DNA of 64,000 nt from Ylistrum balloti (taxonomy: Eukaryota): contig NW_026781965.1 in the NCBI RefSeq assembly GCF_031769215.1, forward strand, positions 3,658,001 through 3,722,000. Direction: 5' to 3'. Under the pieces are notes generated by a model that ran no database searches, was not told where the DNA came from, and saw only the letters and a list, made by a program, of their open reading frames with translations. Below, piece after piece: positions 14,234 to 27,861 of this stretch (positions within the stretch are counted from its first letter, which is position 1; each line of letters starts with the position of its first letter). The position numbers and the translations under genes are program-made.

Positions 14234-16281
14234 TCACTGATCTAAGTCGCCAAACCAATTAAGGGCTGGTGTCAGTAATGATATACCTGATTCGCCGACA
14301 GCCAAGGTGATATAACCGTAGTGATACTTCCCGGTCAGTCTAGGTGATACTTCTGTGTGGAAGGGAGACAAATACAACAAGGCTTTCCTGGAATTAAACA
14401 TAAACAGTGTTGCTACTGGTTGATTGTTAAACAAAGATATTTTTAATTTTTTTTTCCAGATAGTTCCTGCCTGGACCATATAATTCCTGGAAACATGTCT
14501 TTATTTGTACCTCAATCTCCGTTTAAAGGGAGGTAACCTCATGTTTATTGGAACATCTATATCGGTTAGTTTTCAATTGAGAGCAAGTTATAGACTGCGG
14601 CGTCTTAATGGTTGTATCATGCATTCTTCTTTTGTCATATAAATTTTGCAGAAATTATTAGTTTTAACAATATTTTAATTCTATTTTAAAACAATATTAC
14701 ACATATACGTTTCACGTACTGGGTGAGAAAGCAAACTCACAGACTATCATTTCCTTCCTCCGTGTATATATAATATTGTTGAAATCGAATGAAAACATCT
14801 TTTTAACTAAACTAAAGAACATATTGAATAAAAGCATGTGAAAATGACAATTTACTAGCATTTACTGATGATGTCATTCAACAAAAGCATGAAATGATAT
14901 TATTTTTTTAATTCGGACATGTATAACTTGAATGCCGAAATCGCCGTAACAGTTAATCAATGATAATTAATTTGACAACGTACAAACACAACAGATTTTT
15001 AGGTGAAAGTTTCAACAGTTGATAGTGGAAGAACTAGTAATTGTTGTCCGCTGTGCTCATCTTAATTTGCAGGGAAGCCAGTGGTAATTTTAGCTGCGTC
15101 CTATATAACGGAACATCCCTTATCTAAGTGTGGACGTATCATATCAGATCTGGTGTCAACAGAAATTTGACAGAAATTTTAAAGGAAAATTAACCAAAAA
15201 GTTAGAAAAATTCACACGGTGTAAGTTATCATATTGAACAGCGTGATAAGCTATCAATTATTCACATCAATTATACGGTTTATATACAAAACCAAAAGTT
15301 ACATATTTAAAAGATAGGGATGGCCTTTTTCGTTGACTAGATAGTAAGATGTCAGAGTGTCACTTCACTGGTAAGTAATGATAATATTAGGTAAATAATT
15401 AAAACTAAAGTCGGAATCAAACACAAACGGATCATGTCCGTACTTCGTATATATTGGGGAATGGTGAGCTTATAGATTTTGGAGTATCGACTTGTTTGTG
15501 ACCCATATTGAACGTTAACCTTATAGTACAGGCATTGTAGTACTGATACATATTACTGTATGTGAAAAAAACACATGTATAAGGCATCATTTCTTAAAAT
15601 GGCAAGACGGACATGACCATGCGTTCAGAAAGTGCGATATCCGGATTCCTTTGCCTCGCTAATCTAGGTAAACAAATATACAAAAGACACAAATGTGAAT
15701 AGCATCCTTCAATACAATTTTGAATTACATAAAGAATAGCCAAATAAAATGTTTTGGGATTTTTAAGTACTTTTATGGGCCTAAAGAAATGAAAGAGGCC
15801 CCGGTTAGTGTGTAGAAGACTCTATTGTGACTGATTAGGCATGTTAGATTGAAATGTTTCTGGTCCGGAGTAGTCTCGTGACATCTAGATAAAGAACTTG
15901 TACAACGTGAACTACAACTCTCAATACCAATCTGTAATGAGTCACGCTGAATCATACAGCTCTTCCTCCGCTTATGAAAGGTAAGAAGCGCTATGGGCCT
16001 AGAGAATTAAAAGATACAAGGAATGAGGATTGTTTCTACTTCAGAGAAATAGAAATTTACACTACCTGTATATTGAAATATGGCTGTTGCTGAAGTCACT
16101 TAGGTCCCAGTTTCAAGGTATATGTCGCAGATAAAAATTCAGTACATGGAAACAGAACGTAAGTAGGGTAGGAGTGTTTCACCGTTTTCATCTTTGTGTG
16201 GTTGCCCTTTCTCAGTAAATTATCTTTATCGCTGAGCGACTTTTTCCGGGTTAGAAATCTTCCCAATAGAAAATAAAACAT
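14234..16281 (-). pseudogene. Toll-like receptor-like pseudogene (relic 3)
   Basis: Motifs occur in TLR domain order on the minus strand. LRR-like: DFSNSHISI (~16085), SFNSLGP*RFL, NLTCLISHNRVFYTL, SFISLGP*KYLKIPKHFI. LRRCT-like: GNDSL*VCFL (~14740). Juxtamembrane: FKRRLRY (~14515). TIR-like: NSRKALLYLSP (~14375). Many stops and frameshifts. Confidence 0.5.
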
Positions 16282-16794
16282 TCCTGCAGTTTGTTGATGA
16301 GGTAGAGTTGCTGTTAGATAAGAAAAACAGGATGTTCAAGACTTCATGAGTTGATAAATTCTGTAATCTATTGATTGATTTCGATTTCGTAGTCTTAATA
16401 GGACCGTAAACTTAATTCAGAAGTGGTATTTTATTCACACAATAAAATGGCTAATTATTACGAGATAATTATATCAAGACAATTATCTTTTCAAACGTGG
16501 TATATGTCGACATAGTATGTATATAAAGGTATGTTTCCAAGAAAGAGCTTACCTCAGTACTAGTGTTGTGGACATAGAATTTACAAACAAACTACAATAT
16601 CAAATTATTGAAAAACAACCTAATTAGCATATTCATACACAAATGATATCACATTATAGATCATGATAGAACAATATCGCCACACCACTGCGCTACACAG
16701 GGAGTCTGAAACCCGAAGTCTATTTATGAACACGTTTTCCCTTATATTCTGACTAACGACGTTCTCAGTAATTCAGCATTAAAGCGAACTCGGC

Positions 16795-17157
16795 TACGTG
16801 AAGTTTCGATATGACTACACTAACAGTCTTTCTGAAGACGTATACTAGTCTTTATGTGGTGATTTTTACAAAAAAAACGCTCGCTTCCTTGTAAGATAAA
16901 ATCTTCCGTTAATGTTTAGTGAGGCTCAAGTCATGAATGGAACGTTAGTTGTAAAAAAAAGTCTCAAGTGATATATCTAATCCGTACGAGAAAAGGCGAC
17001 CACCTGTAACGACCCAAATCGGTTGGGTTCATGTGTTAATCGTTAATTAACCATCAAGAAATACGACATAAAACCTAACCACACATTGACATTTGACTTC
17101 TTCACACATTTTGTTGCATATGTAGTCATGAGGTTAAAGGTTAGCACACTTAAAGTT
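16795..17157. repeat. Interspersed duplicate, copy 2
   Basis: Matches 8116-8408 but carries two extra segments that copy 1 lacks. Confidence 0.92.
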
Positions 17158-17618
17158 CTGATAAAACATATACATGTCGTTATATCTGACAATCCTATGA
17201 TAGAACTACCTACACGTTGCTATATCTGACAATCCTATGATAGAACTACCTACACGTTGCTATATCTGACAATCCTATGATAGAACTACCTACACGTTGC
17301 TATATCCGACAATCCTATGATAGAACTACCTACACGTTGCTATATCCGACAATCCTATGATAGAACTACCTACACGTTGCTATATCCGACAATCCTATGA
17401 TAAAACTACCTACACGTTGCTATATCTGACAATCCTATGATAAAACTACCTACACGTTGCTATATCTGACAATCCTATGATAAAACTACATACACGTTGC
17501 TATATCTGACAATCCTATGATAGAACTACCTACACGTTGCTATATCTGACAATCCTATGATAAAACTACCTACACGTTGTTATTTCTGACAATCCTATGA
17601 TAGAACTACCTACACGTT
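17158..17618. repeat. 40-bp minisatellite, second array (~11 copies)
   Basis: Same unit as 8409-10989, more homogeneous. Confidence 0.96.
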
Positions 17619-17767
17619 AATTAAATGGATATTAATCAAGTCTAGTGTTTGGATGGAAGCCATCCCGATCATTATCACAAGTCCTGTGGCCATAAGCCAA
17701 GCTGTACATGGAAATCCAGGACTTACTCACAAATTAATATATCAAAAGGCATGCTGACGATCCTTCA

Positions 17768-17906
17768 NNNNNNNNNNNNNNNNNNNNNNNNNNNNNNNNN
17801 NNNNNNNNNNNNNNNNNNNNNNNNNNNNNNNNNNNNNNNNNNNNNNNNNNNNNNNNNNNNNNNNNNNNNNNNNNNNNNNNNNNNNNNNNNNNNNNNNNNN
17901 NNNNNN
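17768..17906. other. Assembly gap (139 N)
   Basis: Run of N. Confidence 1.
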
Positions 17907-18070
17907 TTTAAAGGAAGACAACCTCAGCTAAAATACGTTTATAAGTCTGTACTGTGTGGTACTTCCCGTTCCTCAAATCTATATCTTCTTCTCACAAAAA
18001 TATTAAATTAAAGCATAGTGTAATGACAACTAATTTATATCTGATTGTGTTAAGTGATATTGAATATTTA

Positions 18071-18169
18071 AGTACACTAAGGCTTGCCCTGTTTCAGTAC
18101 ACTAAGGCTTGCCCTGTTTCAGTACACTAAGGCTTGCCCTGTTTCAGTACACTAAGGCTTGCCCTGTTT
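18071..18169. repeat. 25-bp tandem repeat x4
   Basis: agtacactaaggcttgccctgtttc at 18071, 18096, 18121 and 18146. Confidence 0.96.
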
Positions 18170-18172
18170 AAG

Positions 18173-21100
18173 CGCTGTGGGGTGTCGAATACTGATTTAT
18201 TTATAAAAAAAAACACGGACGCTGTGGGGTGTCGAATACTGATTTATTTAAAAAAAAACATGGACGCTGTGGGGTGTCGAATACTGACTTATTTATAAAA
18301 AAACACGCGGACGCTGTGGGGTGTCGAATACTGACTTATTTATAAAAAAACATGGACGCTGTGGGGTGTCGAATACTGACTTATTTATAAAAAAAACACG
18401 AACGCTGTGGGGTGTCGAATACTGATTTATTTATAAAAAAAACACGGACGCGGTGGGGTGTCGAATACTGACTTATTTATAAAAAAAAACACGCGGACGC
18501 TGTGGGGTGTCGAATACTGACTTATTTCTAAAAAAAACGCGGACGCTGTGGGGTGTCTAATACTGACTTATTGATAAAAAAAAACACGGACGCTGTGGGG
18601 TGTCCAATACTGATTTATTTATAAAAAAAACATGGACGTTGTGGGGTGTCGAATACTGACTTATTTATAAAAAAAACGCGGACGCTGTGGGGTGTCGAAT
18701 ACTGACTTTTTTCTAAAAAAAACGCGGACGCTGTGGGGTGTCTAATACTGACTTATTGATATAAAAAAAACATGGACGCTGTGGGGTGTCTAATACTGAC
18801 TTATTTATAAAAAAAACGCGGACGCTGTGGGGTGTCGAATACTGACTTATTTATAAAAAAAAAAAAAAACTTATTTATACTGAAAAAAAATGGACGCTGT
18901 GGGGTGTCGAATACTGACTTATTTATAAAAAAAAAAACGCGGACGCTGTGGGGTGTCGAATACTGACTTATTTATAAAAAAACGCGGACGCTGTGGGGTG
19001 TCTAATACTGACTTATTTATAAAAAAAAAACGCGGACGCTGTGGGGTGTCTAATACTGACTTATTTATAAAAAAAATGGACGCTGTGGGGTGTTGAATAC
19101 TTACTTATTTATAAAAAAAACGCGGACGCTGTGGGGTGTTGAATACTGACTTATTTATAAAAAAAAAAACACGGACGCTGTTGGGTGTCGAATACTGTCT
19201 TATTTATAAAAAACACGAACGCTGTGGGGTGTTGAATACTGACTTATTTATAAAAAAAACGCGGACGCTGTGGGGTGTCGAATACTGACTTATTTATAAA
19301 AAAAACACGCGGACGCTGTGGGGTGTCGAATACTGACTTATTTATAAAAAAAAAAAAACACGCGGACGCTGTGGGGTGTCGAATACTGACTTATTTATAA
19401 AAAAAACACGCGGACGCTGTGGGGTGTCGAATACTGACTTATTTATAAAAAAAACACGCGGACGCTGTGGGGTGTCGAATACTGACTTATTTATAAAAAA
19501 AAAAAAAAAAACGCGGACGCTGTGGGGTGTCTAATACTGACTTATTTATAAAAAAAAAACGCGGACGCTGTGGGGTGTCGAATAAAATAAAAACGGACGC
19601 TGTGGGGTGTCGAATAATACTGACTTATTTACGCTGTGGGGTGTCGAATAAAAAAAAAAAACACGGACGCGGTGGGGTGTCGAATACTGACTTATTTATA
19701 AAAAAAACACGCTGACGCTGTGGTGTGTCGAATACTGACTTATTTATAAAAAAAAACATGCGGACGCTGTGGGGTGTCGAATACTGACTTATTTATAAAA
19801 AAACGCGGACGCTGTGGGGTGTCTAATACTGACTTATTGATAAAAAAAAAACGCGGACGCTGTGGGGTGTCGAATACTGACTTATTTATAAAAAAAAAAA
19901 CGCGGACGCTGTGGGGTGTCGAATACTGACTTATTTTTAAAAAAAAAACACGCGGACGCTGTGGGGTGTCTAATACTGACTTATTTATAAAAAAAACACG
20001 GACGCGGTGGGGTGTCGAATACTGACTTATTTATAAAAAAAACACGCGGACGCTGTGGGGTGTCGAATACTGACTTATTTATAAAAAAAAACGCGGACGC
20101 TGTGGGGTGTCGAATACTGACTTATTTATAAAAAAAAAACACGCGGACGCTGTGGGGTGTCGAATACTGACTTATTTATAAAAAAAAAAACACGCGGACG
20201 CTGTGGGGTGTCGAATACTGACTTATTTATAAAAAAAAACATGGACGCTGTGGGGTGTCGAATACTGACTTATTTATAAAAAAACATGGACGCTGTGGGG
20301 TGTCGAAAACTGACTTATTTATAAAAAAAACACGAACGCTGTGGGGTGTCGGAAAAAACGCGGACGCTGTGGGGTGTCGAATACGGACGCTGTGGGGTGT
20401 CTAATACTGACTTATTTATAAAAAAAACGCGGACGCGGTGGGGTGTCGAATACTGACTTTTTTCTAAAAAAACGCGGACGCTGTGGGGTGTCTAATACTG
20501 ACTTATTTATAAAAAAAAACACGCGGACGCTGTGGGGTGTTGAATACTTACTTATTTATAAAAAAAACGCGGACGCTGTGGGGTGTTGAATACTGACTTA
20601 TTTATAAAAAACGCGGACGCTGAGGGGTGTCGGATACTGACTTATTTATAAAAAAAACATGGACGATGTGGGGTGTCGAATACTGACTTATTTATAAAAA
20701 AAAAACGCGGACGCTGTGGGGTGTCGAATACTGACTTATTTATAAAAAAACATGGACGCTGTGGGGTGTCGAATACTGACTTATTTATAAAAAAACACGA
20801 ACGCTGTGGGGTGTCGAATACTGATTTATTTATAAAAAAAAACACGGACGCTGTGGGGTGTCGAATACTGACTTATTTATAAAAAAAAAAACATGCGGAC
20901 GCTGTGGGGTGTCGAATACTGACTTATTTATAAAAAAAACGCGGACGCTGTGGGGTGTCGAATACTGACTTATTTATAAAAAAAAACACGAGGACACTGT
21001 GGGGTGTCGAATACTGACTTATTTATAAAAAAAACATGGACGCTGTTGGGTGTCGAATACTATTTATTTATACTGACTTATTTATAAAAAAAGGGTCTCT

Positions 21101-23040
21101 GTGGTGTGTCTGATTCTGACTTATTTATAAAAAAACATGGACGCTGTGGGGTGTCGAATACTGACTTATTTATAAAAAAAAACACGCGGACGCTGTGGGG
21201 TGTCTAATACTGACTTATTTATAAAAAAAACGCGGACGCTGTGGGGTGTCGAATACTGACTTTTTTCTAAAAAAACGCGGACGCTGTGGGGTGTCTAATA
21301 CTGACTTTTTTCTAAAAAAACGCGGACGCTGTGGGGTGTCTAATACTGACTTATTTATAAAAAAACACGCGGACGCTGTGTGGTGTCGAATACTGATTTA
21401 TTGATAAAAAAAACCACGGACGCTGTGGGGTGTTGAATACTGACTTATTTATAAAAACACGCGGACGCTGTGGGGTGTCGAATATTGACTTTTTTCTAAA
21501 AAAACGCGGACGCTGTGGGGTGTCTAATACTGACTTATTGATAAAAAAAACACGCGGACGCTGTGGGGTGTCGAATACTGACTTATTTATAAAAAAAAAC
21601 ACGCGGACGCTGTGGGGTGTCGAATACTGACTTATTTATAAAAAAAAACACGCGGACGCTGTGGGGTGTCGAATACTGACTTATTTATAAAAAAAAAAAC
21701 ACGCGGACGCTGTGGGGTGTCGAATACTGACTTATTTATAAAAAAAACGCGGACGCTGTGGGGTGTCTAATACTTATTTATTTGGGGTGTCGAATTGACT
21801 TATTTATAAAAAAACACGGACGCTGTGGGGTGTCGAATACTGACTTATTTATAAAAAAAAACGCGGACGCTGTGGGGTGTCGAATACTGACTTATTTCTA
21901 AAAAAAACGCGGACGCTGTGGGGTGTCTAATACTGACTTATTTATAAAAAAAACCACGGACGCGGTGGGGTGTTGAATACTGACTTATTTATAAAAACAC
22001 GCGGACGCTGTGGGGTGTCTAATACTGACTTATTTATAAAAAAAAACACGCGGACGCTGTGGGGTGTCGAATACTGACTTATTTATAAAAAAAAACATGG
22101 ACGCTGTGGGGTGTCGAATACTGACTTATTTATAAAAAAAACACGCGGACGCTGTGGGGTGTCGAATACTGACTTATTTATAAAAAAAAACACACGGACG
22201 CTGTGGGGTGTCGAATACTGACTTATTTATAAAAAAAACGCGGACGCTGTGGGGTGTCGAATACTGACTTATTTCTAAAAAAAACGCGGACGCTGTGGGG
22301 TGTCTAATACTGACTTATTTATAAAAAAAATGGACGCTGTGGGGTGTCGAATACTGACTTATTTATAAAAAAACATGGACGCTGTGGGGTGTCGAATACT
22401 GACTTATTTATAAAAAAAAAACACGGACGCTGTGGGGTGTCGAATACTGACTTATTTATAAAAAAAACGCGGACGCTGTGGGGTGTCTAATACTGACTTA
22501 TTTATAAAAAAAACACGCGGACGCTGTGGGGTGTCGAATACTGACTTATTTATAAAAAAAAACACGCGGACGCTGTGGGGTGTCGAATACTGACTTATTT
22601 ATAAAAAAAAACGCGGACGCTGTGGGGTGTCGAATACTGACTTACGCTGTGGGGTGTCTAATACTGACTTATTTATAAAAAAAAACACGAACGCTGTGGG
22701 GTGTCGAATACTGATTTATTGATAAAAAAAAACACGGACGCGGTGGGGTGTTGAATACTGACTTATTTATAAAAACACGCGGACGCTGTGGGGTGTCTAA
22801 TACTGACTTATTTATAAAAAAAAAACGCGGACGCTGTGGGGTGTCGAATACTGATTTATTTATAAAAAAAAACACGGACGCTGTGGGGTGTCGAATACTG
22901 ACTTATTTATAAAAAAAAACACGAACGCTGTGGGGTGTCGAATACTGATTTATTGATAAAAAAACACGGACGCGGTGGGGTGTTGAATACTGACTTATTT
23001 ATAAAAAAAAATGGACGCTGTGGGGTGTCGAATACTGACT
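18173..23040. repeat. ~50-bp satellite with variable poly-A, roughly 95-100 copies
   Basis: Unit cgcggacgctgtggggtgtcgaatactgacttatttat(a)n-ca. Confidence 0.97.
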
Positions 23041-23782
23041 TGCTCATCGAAAAACCATAAATGATGACTGTTTAGAATTCTTGTTTATTTAATTAAATGA
23101 TAAACGCGGACGTGTTTTTTTCGAAAGCTAATTTAATATGACCACTGACTAACTTTTGTAGTACACATACACTTTTCTCATAAACAACATCAGCAACCAA
23201 CTTTTTTCGCAGATTGATTCACACAGCCTGTCGTTTATGATGACTTCTACAGAATTTAATCACTTATGTCAACAATACACTAAGCTAACTTGGAGACAAT
23301 TGCTGTATTTCCGACTATGATCAGGGCATAGTGTCATGTATTGATATAGTTATTTTATTGATAAAGATGGGGATTGGATAACGGGTGTCAACTTTGTCAA
23401 TGCTCTCCTGAATATTGTGTATTGACAATCTGTCTCTTTGGCAAACAGAAGTAATATATTGCCGCTTGTGTTTTACACATTAAAGCATCCTGAGGCAAAG
23501 TTCGAATTATATCTGTCCAGAAAAACAACATATTGCATCTGAAGGCAAATGTGGGAGGGCAGCATAAGCTGTAGGTCTTCTATCTGGGAAAGACAGTCAG
23601 CGATTGAATGAGTCACGCTGATGATGTGAGACCAACAGCAGGTTGAGGAGTCAATTGATGGAAGTTTTATCGCTATCTGATTACCAGAGGACATACTGTA
23701 CATTTCGTTCTCCTCCAGTCGGACGGTCCATTGATGCTCTTCATTGGCTGTTGAAGCTAAAGTTTTTTTCAACGACTCAACA

Positions 23783-25108
23783 ATGCACGGAAAGCTCACT
23801 TGTTTTGTATACTTATTTTGGCTTGCTGGAAGAAATGTGACTTCTGTTATGCTTCCAGAAACACAAAAGCTGTACAAACAGTTGTTTCGGAACTACACCG
23901 TGGAGCTCCGGCCAGTTCTTAACCAGAGTAAACCCGTGGAGGTCCGAGTTTCAATGGGAATAATGTCAATCAACGACTTGGATGAACTGTCAGGTACAAT
24001 TACTCTGACTGTGATATTCCATTCAATATGGAAAGAAGAAAGATTTACGTGGAATCCTGAACTATTGGGCGGTCTGAAATCACTAACCCTTCCTCAGGAA
24101 TCCGTGTGGTTGCCGGAAATGGTTCTCACCACTGCAGCAGACGACACAGTGCATATCTCTACAAAGGGCAATTTCAAGGTGCGCGTGGATTTCACGGGTC
24201 TTATGAACTGGTGGAGGATTGGAATCATCAAGTCAGCATGTGTAGCGGATGTGACGTATTTTCCGTACGATTTCCAAAAGTGCCATGTAGTTCTGTCGCC
24301 TTTTGGGTACCAGACGGAAGAGATAAGCATAGTTGCCATAAGGGATACGATTTCGTTTGATCACTTCTCTAACAATGGTCAATGGAAAGTAAAATCGTCG
24401 TCGGTCAAGGTCAATTCCCTACCCATGACGAAGGACAAGATAGAAGACAGTGTAGTATTTGCTAACTTTACGCTAGAAATTGAGAGAAAGTCGTTGTACT
24501 TTGTCGTGTCCGTGATAATCCCAATAGCATTACTTGCTCTACTCAACCCATGTGTGTTCGCTCTCCCTATAGAATCTGGCGAACGGGTATCCTTCGCTAT
24601 AACCGTATTGTTGTCATTCGCGGTATTTGAGTCTATGGTCAGCGATTACATGCCTCAGGGGTCGGACCCAATGTCGTTGCTCTCTCTATTCTTGGTAATA
24701 ACACTGTTGAACAGCACACTTATCACAATAACAACCATCCTGCTTCATGCTATGTACCACAAGGATGATACCGACGCCGTACCGGAATGGTTGGTTCAAA
24801 TGCATCTTTTTATTCGACAATGTACACCATCACGAAAAATAAATCCAGCGTACCCGAGACCTGAAGACAAGGAAACCATCTCCGAAATGTCCGACTCGGA
24901 CAGAAAGTCACAATACGGGCACACGGAAAAATCAGAATCCAAAATGGCTACCAGTATCAACGACGTGGACACGGGTATGAGGTCAGCCTCCGAAGATTCG
25001 GCTATAAATTGGAGACAAATAACGGAAACGTTTGATCGTATATTCCTTGTAGTGTTTCTCTTGTTCAATTTTCTTTTTTGTTTAGTGTTTTTCTTGTATA
25101 TATCTTAG
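23783..25108 (+). CDS. nAChR-like Cys-loop ligand-gated ion channel subunit G1 (441 aa, intronless CDS, non-alpha)
   Basis: The track ORF opens on TTG at 23744. First ATG is 23783 (MHGKLTCFVYLFWLAG, signal-like). Cys loop CVADVTYFPYDFQKC, four TM segments, M2 GERVSFAITVLLSFAVF, no vicinal Cys. Confidence 0.95.
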   Translation: MHGKLTCFVYLFWLAGRNVTSVMLPETQKLYKQLFRNYTVELRPVLNQSKPVEVRVSMGIMSINDLDELSGTITLTVIFHSIWKEERFTWNPELLGGLKSLTLPQESVWLPEMVLTTAADDTVHISTKGNFKVRVDFTGLMNWWRIGIIKSACVADVTYFPYDFQKCHVVLSPFGYQTEEISIVAIRDTISFDHFSNNGQWKVKSSSVKVNSLPMTKDKIEDSVVFANFTLEIERKSLYFVVSVIIPIALLALLNPCVFALPIESGERVSFAITVLLSFAVFESMVSDYMPQGSDPMSLLSLFLVITLLNSTLITITTILLHAMYHKDDTDAVPEWLVQMHLFIRQCTPSRKINPAYPRPEDKETISEMSDSDRKSQYGHTEKSESKMATSINDVDTGMRSASEDSAINWRQITETFDRIFLVVFLLFNFLFCLVFFLYIS

Positions 25109-25329
25109 AAATACAAATTGTTCAATATATCAGACGACGATGAAATTTCAAAGATGTGAAACAAAGCCTTTTGTGGAACATATTTCAGATTTCGGATAGT
25201 GCCCTTGTTGTGTGTGAAGACTAACGTTTTCGTGAACGTCGTAGTTTTATACAAAGCACACCATCTGTAGACGTTTGTAAACTGTCATTAAAAAAGTAAG
25301 TGTATGCGAACGAAATGAAATGTACTATC

Positions 25330-26077
25330 AGTGACTTTGATGTTTTTGCTACTGGATGTTTTGTAAATATCCCGTTAAAGACAAACGATCTTATAGGAGA
25401 CAGGTGTACATTCATCAACTCAAAGACATAATGATTAGCAGTGTTCCTTGGAATAATGGTCTCCATAACCTAAGATATATTAGTGAAGTGTGTAAATACT
25501 TTAATGATAAATTCTGTGAGGCTGTCAAGAAATGTTTCCCACCCAATGAAATGTTAGTGCGATAAGGTGACAAACCCTGGAGGATTGGAATTGATATTAA
25601 ACACGGAGAGAGGCTTTAAAAAAGACGGTGTTAATTACAAAATCCTTTAATTACTTTCAAATTCCCGTCTTATTATCAATCATATTTAATCATTTTTGTA
25701 TATATCATGATTGTTAGAGAATTACCCATGTTATGTCTGTATTAAAACATAGAGATGCAAGTACTTCCTCAGGTTTTATTTTTAAACTGTGGGCTATTGA
25801 CCACGTGATTTAAAAGCACGTGCATACTTCTTTTGTTGAGAATGGATTTATTAATAAATATCAGACAGTGTTTTTATCGAATCATTCTACTGTTTATCTT
25901 ATTGAAGTTCACCATTCAATAATGACTGTGGGAAAATATGAGCTTAATATTGTAACATTCTGTGATTTCTCAAATGCATTTTATCTTGCGTGGCATAAAA
26001 GTCTTCTCCACAAACTGGAGAATGACGTCATTACAAACACGGAATGTCTTACCACGTCATATCGTATGATTTGTTGA
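25330..26077 (+). mobile_element. Degenerate non-LTR retrotransposon (LINE) ORF2 / RT fragment
   Basis: Translates to LINE-type motifs VR*GDKPW, YQTVFLSNHSTVYLIEVHH and FCDFSNAFYLAWHKSLLHKLE (cf. DFSKAFDxVWHxGLLxKL). Broken by stops and frameshifts. Confidence 0.75.
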
Positions 26078-27861
26078 TTGTGTCCATTTGACACTAGTAC
26101 GTCGAAGTTAAATTGGCATTCATTGAAAGAAAAATCTGGGTAAAATGGAGACACTTGTTGGAGACGTCCTGTTATTTTAGTTTATTAAATAGAAACAATT
26201 TCAGTATTCGACAAGTTTTTCTTGGTCAAAGCAGCCGACGTTTTTGAAAATGTTCATTTTTCTATCCATTTTCCTTCATTTATTTCTTTTCCTCCACCAC
26301 CAGTTCACGAGGACCTGTACCGCCAGACGTCGTGTTTTCTTTTTAGGTATTACTACACAGAGGTAGGTCAACTTTGTTTTGAAAAGAATAATATATATGT
26401 AAATTTAGCCACACTACATATATATATACTGTAAATAATAACGAAATCGTGACATATGCTATTTGATAACAATTTCTTTTCTGAGGTATACAGTTGTTTT
26501 GACATTAAACCGTCAGATCGTTTAACCACAGGTGATTAAAGGTACACACATATAGTATAAAAATAGATGTATCCTTACTGTCTCGTTCATCACACGGTTA
26601 CCTCGCCTTATCCGTGTGTCACAGAAGTGGAACTATGGTTTTAAATTGTTAACAACATACGACCTCTAGCTCTTGACGTAATAAAGGGCAAATATTTGCG
26701 GGTAAATTAAGGATATCGTGGTGTTTTGCGTGCCATAATGAGGACAAAATGACAAAATTAATTGTTAGGGGACCGCTTAAATGACAGAGATGTGTCGTCA
26801 GAAGAATCACTTAATTGATTTTTTTAGTCGTTTTATGAACATCAACTGAAATTAGAAACATCGTTTTTACAGCATAGACCTATAACGTACAACTAAACAA
26901 GAAAACCGTGTTCTACTCTGTATTAATCCATACAAAATTTCTTCTAGGAGATTCGATTCACTTCAGGTTTTGTGGATTTATTTTAACGTGAATTCTAACA
27001 CCACCTCAAAACATGGATTTTATGTTGATTGTACTTGATTGATCTCTATAATTAAGATATTATCTTCACAAAATCATGCTTAAATCATAACACAAATATA
27101 TTTTTCGCTGCCCCATGGTCTGGAATTTGTCCAATTTGACAACGGATTGGTGTAGTTTACGCCGACCCTGAGTTTGATGATTACATGTATTCTAAATCAA
27201 AATGCGTCATTAGTAACTTACTGGTTTGATGTTTTTAAATGTCACGTTCAGATTCAAGATTTAAGTTCAAATCACAATGGTCATGTGGAGATAGTATCTA
27301 ACGGTTGGGCACGGCAAATTCAGAGTCCAGATATGTCATTGTTTCCACGGTACAAAACCATTAACAATAACCGAGGTTAAACAAACTTTCCGGATTTGGG
27401 TCCAACATTTGTTTTGAATTCTGATCCCAATTAAAGTCAGTTATCTTGGCATCTAGGGCGACACGTAGAGGTAGCCCTAAACCATGTTTATAACGTTAAT
27501 TGTACTTAGTGGCGCAGTAGGTCAGTGGTTGTTTCCAGAATATAAGATAAGTGTCTTCAGTATATGAGATACACTATGTGTAAATAACCAAAAAGGGCGT
27601 TTTCAAATATGTACAAAAGACCGAAATGATTTGAACTCAGATATTAATTCATGCACATTTACGTCAGAACTGGTATTAGGCGAGGTGAAATAGTTTATAC
27701 ATACGGCCAATCTGTCTTTGATGTTGATGATAGACATTTTTCACTGCACATCTTATCGTCCATATCTGTAGTATTCTAGTCAAAATCGTGACCCAACTTC
27801 AAGTTCTTTATTACATAAAGTCGACTGACTCATCAGATACAGGAAAGTAACAACATAATAC

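Noticed and set aside
17649-18011. 120-aa ORF across the N run
   Set aside because: Spans an assembly gap.
23473-23877. 134-aa minus ORF overlapping the G1 start, and other antisense ORFs over G1 and G3-G7
   Set aside because: Shadow ORFs with no recognisable domain.
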